In this document: piece after piece, positions 58,678 through 64,000 of the stretch
How the letters are laid out: every line of letters begins with the position of its first letter
How positions within the stretch are numbered: position 1 is the stretch's first letter
Origin: Longimicrobiales bacterium
GTDB lineage: Bacteria; Gemmatimonadota; Gemmatimonadetes; Longimicrobiales; Gaopeijiaceae
DNA: 64,000 bases
Direction: 5' to 3'
NCBI GenBank assembly: GCA_965198065.1
Contig: CBDAON010000004.1
Coordinates: 160,001-224,000, forward strand
Notes under the pieces: model-generated
Seen by the model: the letters and a program-made list of their open reading frames with translations, nothing else
Database searches by the model: none
What the model was told of the DNA's origin: nothing
Translations under genes and position numbers: made by a program

Positions 58678-60864
58678 TCACAGGATCAGAGCGCCGAGCA
58701 CCGCCAGCGCTCCCACGGTGAGCACGAACGCATAGGTGGTCACCCGACCCGTCTGGAAGAGGGATCCGAACCAGCCAAGCGCCTTCGCGAGCCCACCGAC
58801 GACGCCGACCGTCCCGTCGATCAGGGTCTGATCGATCCAGCGCCACGCGATGCGCGAGGCTCCGAGAAGGCTTCGTACGAAGACTCGGTCGTAGAGCTCG
58901 TCCACGTACCACTTGTGATAGAGGACGCCCCGGAGGCCGGCGGGCGCCGAGGATTCCGCGGCCGGCTTCACGTCGAGCTGCGAGACGATCCGATAGGTGA
59001 GCGCCACAGCGACGAGCACGAGGCCCGTGGCGATCGCCCCCCAGAGAACGTGGCCCCCTCCGAGCGGCGCGGCCGCCGCATACTCGCCCGCGTGCTCCAG
59101 GTGGATCTCGTGGGCCACCTGGGTCACTGGCTCAAGCCAGCGCTCCATCCAGTCAGACATGGGGAGGATCCCGAAGCCGCCGAACGGAGACTCTCGAACC
59201 GCCTCCGGCACGTTCAGCCAGCCGCCGAAGAACGAGAGCGCGGCCAGAAGCCCGAGCGGGATCGTCATGACTAGTGGGGCTTCCCTCAGGTGCTCGGCCT
59301 CCCGCGCGCCCGTTCGGCTCGCGCCGTAGAACGTCATGACCATGAGTCGGGTCATGTAGATCGCCGTGAGGACGGCGGCCAGGAGGGACACGCCCCAGAG
59401 CGTCGTGAACAGCAGCTCGTACCCACCTGAGCGGGCCGCCCCAGCATACCAGATGATCTCGTCCTTCGAGAAGTAGCCCGCGAACGGCCAGATCCCCGCG
59501 ATCGCGAGGGTCGCGATCCCCATCGTGGCCCACGTTACGGGCATCTTGTGGCGGAGCCCACCCATGTTCCGCATGTCCTGCGCGTCCCAGTCCCTGTGGG
59601 TCTGGTGGAAGGCGTGGTGCATCGAGTGGATCACCGCGCCGGCGCCGAGAAACAGGAGCCCCTTGAAGAAGGCGTGCGTCACGAGGTGGAAGATCCCAGC
59701 CACGTAGGCCCCTGCCCCCATGCCCAGGAACATGAACCCGAGCTGGGAGATGGTGGAGTACGCCAGCACCTTCTTAATGTCGTACTGCTGGAGCGCAATG
59801 GTCGCGGCAAAGAGGGCGGTCGCGGCGCCTATGGTCGCGACCGCTGCCGACCCGGCCGGCGCGAGGGCGAAGAGCACGGACGCGCGGGCGACGAGGTATA
59901 CGCCCGCCGTCACCATGGTCGCCGCGTGGATCAGGGCCGACACGGGGGTCGGGCCGGCCATGGCGTCGGGGAGCCACACGTAGAGCGGGATCTGGGCACT
60001 CTTGCCGGCCGCTCCCAGGAGAAGGAAGAGCGTGATGGTCGTGACGGTGATGCCGCCGTATTCCAGCGCTTCCGGGGCCGCTTCGAAGACCTCGACGTAA
60101 TCCACCGTCCCCAGCGACACGAAAATGAGGAAGATCGCGACGAGGAAGCCGAAATCCCCGATCCGATTCACGATGAACGCCTTCTTGCCGGCGTCCGACT
60201 TCTCTGGGTCCTCGAACCAGAACCCGATGAGGAGGTACGAGCAGAGCCCCACCCCTTCCCATCCCACGAACATGAGCGGAAAGCTCGCCCCCATTACGAG
60301 GACGAGCATGAAGAAGACGAAGAGGTTCAGATAGGCGAAGTACCGCGCGTATCCAGGATCCTCCCGCATGTAGCCAACGCTGAACACGTGGATGAGGAAG
60401 CTCACCCCCGTCACCACGAGCATCATGATCATGGAGAGCTGGTCCAGCTGGACGGCCGCATCCACCGTGATTTCGCCCGTCGCCATCCAGCTCCAGTAGG
60501 AGACGACCGCTGGCTCCTCCAATCCACTGCCCGCCATCCGGACGAAGTTCACGAGCACTATGAGGAACGCGGCTCCGACAGCGCCGGGGCCGATCCATCC
60601 CGGGAGCGCGTCCATCGGCGCCGCGGAGGCCCCGTGGCCCACTTCCGACTCCGGGAGCAGAGCACCCACGGGGTCGGCCCCTCGACCGCCGCCGTCGTCG
60701 GCTCCTCCAGCGCCGCCTCGCCCGCTCCCGTGTCCAGCTCCACCCTCGCGGACCCCGGCCGCCGAGCGGACGCCGGCTCGGAGCGCGAGCACCCCGTTCG
60801 CGAGGAATCCCAGGAGCGGGAAGAGGAGCACGAGTCCCGGGAGGAAGGGCTGGAACTCGGTCAT
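58678..60864 (-). CDS. nuoL: NADH-quinone oxidoreductase subunit L
   Basis: GWEGVGLCSYLLIGFW, GKSAQIPL.VWLPDAMAGPTPVSALIHAATMV, HAFFK, SKDEII. Confidence 0.97.
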   Translation of the reverse strand: MTEFQPFLPGLVLLFPLLGFLANGVLALRAGVRSAAGVREGGAGHGSGRGGAGGADDGGGRGADPVGALLPESEVGHGASAAPMDALPGWIGPGAVGAAFLIVLVNFVRMAGSGLEEPAVVSYWSWMATGEITVDAAVQLDQLSMIMMLVVTGVSFLIHVFSVGYMREDPGYARYFAYLNLFVFFMLVLVMGASFPLMFVGWEGVGLCSYLLIGFWFEDPEKSDAGKKAFIVNRIGDFGFLVAIFLIFVSLGTVDYVEVFEAAPEALEYGGITVTTITLFLLLGAAGKSAQIPLYVWLPDAMAGPTPVSALIHAATMVTAGVYLVARASVLFALAPAGSAAVATIGAATALFAATIALQQYDIKKVLAYSTISQLGFMFLGMGAGAYVAGIFHLVTHAFFKGLLFLGAGAVIHSMHHAFHQTHRDWDAQDMRNMGGLRHKMPVTWATMGIATLAIAGIWPFAGYFSKDEIIWYAGAARSGGYELLFTTLWGVSLLAAVLTAIYMTRLMVMTFYGASRTGAREAEHLREAPLVMTIPLGLLAALSFFGGWLNVPEAVRESPFGGFGILPMSDWMERWLEPVTQVAHEIHLEHAGEYAAAAPLGGGHVLWGAIATGLVLVAVALTYRIVSQLDVKPAAESSAPAGLRGVLYHKWYVDELYDRVFVRSLLGASRIAWRWIDQTLIDGTVGVVGGLAKALGWFGSLFQTGRVTTYAFVLTVGALAVLGALIL

Positions 60865-60868
60865 TCGA

Positions 60869-61168
60869 TCACCACTTGAGCACGTTGAAGTTGTCCACGT
60901 CCACCGTCTGGTAGTGCCGGAAGACCGAGATGATGATTGCCAGCCCCACTGCCGCCTCCGCAGCCGCAACCGTCATGACGAAGAACACGAAGACCTGGCC
61001 GTCGATGCCCAGGTACCGGGAGAGCGCCACGAACGAGACGTTCACCGCGTTCAGCTGGAGCTCGATGCAGAGGAAAACGATGATCGCGTTCCGCCGAACG
61101 AGGACCCCGAGCGTGCCGATCACGAAGAGGATCGCGCTCAGTAAGAGGGCTTCCGCGAGCACGGTCAC
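60869..61168 (-). CDS. nuoK: NADH-quinone oxidoreductase subunit K
   Basis: [29 protein letters not shown]. Confidence 0.97.
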   Translation of the reverse strand: MTVLAEALLLSAILFVIGTLGVLVRRNAIIVFLCIELQLNAVNVSFVALSRYLGIDGQVFVFFVMTVAAAEAAVGLAIIISVFRHYQTVDVDNFNVLKW

Positions 61169-61689
61169 GCTCCCCGCTTGGCCAGGGCCACGGCCCCGAC
61201 CAAGGCTACCAAGAGGAGGAGGCCGACGAGCTCAAAGGCCACGAGGTAGTCCGTGAAGAGGGGCCGAGCGATGGCCCCGATGGCCCCGTCCTCGGCCAGC
61301 GCCTGGTCAAGTCCCTCTGGACCCGGCAGGTACGCATAGAGCGGGTTGTCGCCAACGCGCCCTAGCTGGCGGACCATCAGCCCGCCCACCGCTCCCGCGA
61401 CGGCCGAGGAGACGAAAGCACCCAGCCCTCGCTTCAGGTCGGCCCGGTAATCGTGTCCGAGGTTCAGAAGCATGATCACAAACAGGAAGAGGACCATGAT
61501 CGCCCCGGCGTATACCATGACCTGGATGGCCGCCAGGAAGTGGGCCTCCAGGAGGACGTAGATCCCGGCCACGGACGCCAGCGTGCCGATCATGAAGAGA
61601 AGGCTTCCCACGGGATTCTTCTGGAGCACGACGCCCATTGCGCCGCACACCGCCATCGCGGCGAAGATGTAGAAGAGGACCTCAGCCAT
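61165..61689 (-). CDS. nuoJ: NADH-quinone oxidoreductase subunit J
   Basis: [36 protein letters not shown]. Confidence 0.96.
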   Translation of the reverse strand: MAEVLFYIFAAMAVCGAMGVVLQKNPVGSLLFMIGTLASVAGIYVLLEAHFLAAIQVMVYAGAIMVLFLFVIMLLNLGHDYRADLKRGLGAFVSSAVAGAVGGLMVRQLGRVGDNPLYAYLPGPEGLDQALAEDGAIGAIARPLFTDYLVAFELVGLLLLVALVGAVALAKRGA

Positions 61690-61823
61690 GAGCCGACCTT
61701 GGGGAGAACTCGTCAAGCCGGATACCGGGCAAGGCCACCGAGCACGACGACCGAGGCGTACTGAATCGTACGCCGCAAGGAATCGCGCGGAGGCGAACGC
61801 AGCACGGCGCCAGCTTCACGCGC

Positions 61824-62324
61824 TCATTCGGATAAGGGGTCGGAGGGGTCCCATAGAAGCGTGCTCGGGTGGTCCTGCTCCATCAGGCGATCGAGGTCGT
61901 AGACGAAGCGCTCCCGCGTGTACTCCGCGTTCTCGAAGTGGACCCCGACGTGAATCGCCTCGACCGGGCACACCTCCTGGCACATTCCACAGAAGATGCA
62001 ACGGAACTCGTCGATCTCGTAGACGATGGGGTAGCGGTTCCCCATGTCGTCCTCGCCACCGACGAGACGGATGCAGTTGGCGGGACAGACGGTCGGACAA
62101 AGCCCGCACGCCACGCACCTCGGGCGGCCGTCAGCGTGCGTTTCCATGACGTGCGTTCCCCGCCACCGCGGCAAGAGAGCCGGCTGCTCCTCGGGGTATT
62201 CGAGCGTCACCTTCCTGGGGTTCACCAGGTGCTTGAAGGTGAGGGCCATGCCCTTCAGAGTGGCGCGAAGGTAAGAGATCTCGCCCGCCTCCGGGCGGCG
62301 CATCAGCTTCACGGTCACCGTCAT
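61824..62324 (-). CDS. nuoI: NADH-quinone oxidoreductase subunit I
   Basis: CVACGLCPTVCP and RCIFCGMCQEVCP, two [4Fe-4S] motifs. Confidence 0.97.
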   Translation of the reverse strand: MTVTVKLMRRPEAGEISYLRATLKGMALTFKHLVNPRKVTLEYPEEQPALLPRWRGTHVMETHADGRPRCVACGLCPTVCPANCIRLVGGEDDMGNRYPIVYEIDEFRCIFCGMCQEVCPVEAIHVGVHFENAEYTRERFVYDLDRLMEQDHPSTLLWDPSDPLSE

Positions 62325-63622
62325 GTCGAGACTCCCGTGGGATCCGGGCGCGTGACCGTCCGAGCTAGCACCGGCTCCGGACGGCCCGACGCCGGGCTCT
62401 TCCCTCTGGAAGCGCCCTTCAGGATCCGATCGCGATCCAACTGGAAAACGAACACCGCCGTTGCGATCCCGCTCACGACCGTCAGGGCGCCGCCAAAGAG
62501 AAAGCCCTCCACCCCCAGCTGGTCCAGGACGAGCACTGTCGCACCCACGAGCATGACATACGCGAGCGCGACCGGCAGCATCACCTTCCACCCGAGATGC
62601 ATGACCTGGTCATAGCGAAACCGCGGAAGCGTCCATCGCACCCAGATGAAGACCAGGACGAAGAACCCCGTCTTGACCGCGAACGCCAGGAACGTGATCA
62701 GTGTCATCCACCAGGCGGGGTTCGCCGCGATCGGCTGTCCGGTCGGCGTGAGCCCGGAGACGAGCGTGCCTTGGTACCAGAACATGTCGTCCCCGGACCA
62801 GAACGGGACGCTCCAACCGCCCAGGAACAGCGTGGCCATCAGGGCCGAGGCCGTGAGCACGTGGGCGTACTCGGCGATGAAGAACATCGAGAACTTCATG
62901 GCCGAGTATTCCGTGTGGTATCCGGTAATGAGCTCCGACTCGGCTTCCGGAAGGTCGAAGGGCAGCCGGTTCGTCTCTGCGAACGAGGAGATCACGAAGA
63001 GAACGAACGAGAGGGAGAGCGGGAGCGCGTACCAGAACCCGAGGGACTGCTGCTGGTGCACGATCTCGGTCAGAGTCACGTTTCCGGAGAGGATCAGGAC
63101 CGGTACGACGGAGAGCCCCAGGGCCACCTCGTAGCTCACCATCTGCGCTGACGCGCGGACTCCGCCCAGAAGCGCGTACTTGTTGTTCGAGGACCACCCG
63201 GCCAGGAACAGCCCGTACACGCCGAGGGACGCGAAAGCGAGGACGTAGAGGATGCCGATGGGCACGTCCGCCACCACCATGTCCACCACCCCCCAGGGCG
63301 TCGGGAGCGGCGCGGCGAAGGGGATCACGGCAAACGTGACGAGCGCGGGCACGATCGCGAGGGCCGGCGCGAGCACGAAGAAGAACTGGTTGGCGGTCGC
63401 GGGCATCGTCTCTTCTTTGAGCACGTTCTTTACGCCGTCCGCGATCGGCTGGAGGAGCCCGAACGGACCCACCCGATTCGGCCCCAGGCGATCCTGGATG
63501 AACGCCGAGACTCTGCGCTCCGCCAGGGTCATGTACGCCACCGCCAGGAGGATTGCCGTGAATACCGCGACGACCTTGATTACGGTCGAGATCACGAAGA
63601 CGGTCGGGGAGAGCTCGGGCAC
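62321..63622 (-). CDS. nuoH: NADH-quinone oxidoreductase subunit H
   Basis: ERRVSAFIQDRLGPNRVGP, AQMVSYE, AETNRLPFDLPEAESEL, RWTLPRFRYDQ. Confidence 0.97.
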   Translation of the reverse strand: MPELSPTVFVISTVIKVVAVFTAILLAVAYMTLAERRVSAFIQDRLGPNRVGPFGLLQPIADGVKNVLKEETMPATANQFFFVLAPALAIVPALVTFAVIPFAAPLPTPWGVVDMVVADVPIGILYVLAFASLGVYGLFLAGWSSNNKYALLGGVRASAQMVSYEVALGLSVVPVLILSGNVTLTEIVHQQQSLGFWYALPLSLSFVLFVISSFAETNRLPFDLPEAESELITGYHTEYSAMKFSMFFIAEYAHVLTASALMATLFLGGWSVPFWSGDDMFWYQGTLVSGLTPTGQPIAANPAWWMTLITFLAFAVKTGFFVLVFIWVRWTLPRFRYDQVMHLGWKVMLPVALAYVMLVGATVLVLDQLGVEGFLFGGALTVVSGIATAVFVFQLDRDRILKGASRGKSPASGRPEPVLARTVTRPDPTGVST

Positions 63623-63625
63623 GAC

Positions 63626-64000
63626 TCAGGTCCCGGGAAGGGCGGCAAGCTCGTTCACGAGCGAGCCTTGAGTGCCGATGGCCTCATAGGTGAGGCCCTG
63701 GAGCTCGGGGGCGAGCTCCGCCGCGCGGAGGAACGCCTCGTAGACGTTCGCGGGCGCCGGATCCCCTCCGACGCGCTCCGCGAGAGCCCCGAGGACCCTC
63801 CACGCCGGGCGGGCCACCCCCGGCGCTCGAACGCCAGGCCAGAAGCGCTGAACCCGCCCCTCGAAGCTCGTGAAGGTGCCCTCTCCTTCCGCAAAGGTCG
63901 TGATCGGAAGGACGGCGTGCGCGGCGGACCAGGCCGGCGTCGAGTAGCTGCCGAGATACACGTAGAGGCCGGCCCGGGCGCCGAACGCGCTCCCGGCGTC
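63626..64000 (-). CDS. nuoG: NADH-quinone oxidoreductase subunit G, C-terminal part (5' end outside window)
   Basis: VLPITTFAEGEGTFTSFEGRVQRF; directly upstream of nuoH. Confidence 0.85.
   Translation of the reverse strand, partial: DAGSAFGARAGLYVYLGSYSTPAWSAAHAVLPITTFAEGEGTFTSFEGRVQRFWPGVRAPGVARPAWRVLGALAERVGGDPAPANVYEAFLRAAELAPELQGLTYEAIGTQGSLVNELAALPGT

Overview
This is a 64 kb high-GC bacterial chromosome segment from a diderm (Kdo/Lpt genes). The gene content and order resemble Gemmatimonadota, but that assignment is inference. The window appears to contain the replication terminus: a 28-bp dif site at 8530-8557, with gene orientation converging on it and xerD 23 kb away. Left of dif is a small accessory zone with a desaturase 3' end, an inverted pair of inactivated IS3-family elements, a secreted DinB protein, two divergent tRNA-Arg genes around a Cys-rich orphan ORF, and an uncharacterised secreted two-gene pair. 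Right of dif is mostly minus-strand core genome. It begins with a ~19 kb, 18-gene tightly coupled run (kdsB-pyrG-kdsA-kdsC-kdsD-lptC-lptA-lptB-rpoN, then a YfhO/GT-C glycosylation and lipid-tailoring cluster) headed by a sigma54-type -24/-12 site. Next come pabA/trpG, nadE, ctpA, xerD, ispF and a fab operon without fabH. A ~9 kb accessory block follows (mobA, FdhF/YdeP-type oxidoreductase, fdhD, OFA antiporter, amidohydrolase, MOSC protein, a decayed esterase, an NHL propeller). The window ends with ndk, a His-less EIIA-CBS fusion, sucDC, UPF0182, PMM/PGM and nuoN-G. No CRISPR or rRNA was seen. All product calls come from motif recognition by eye; no database search was run.
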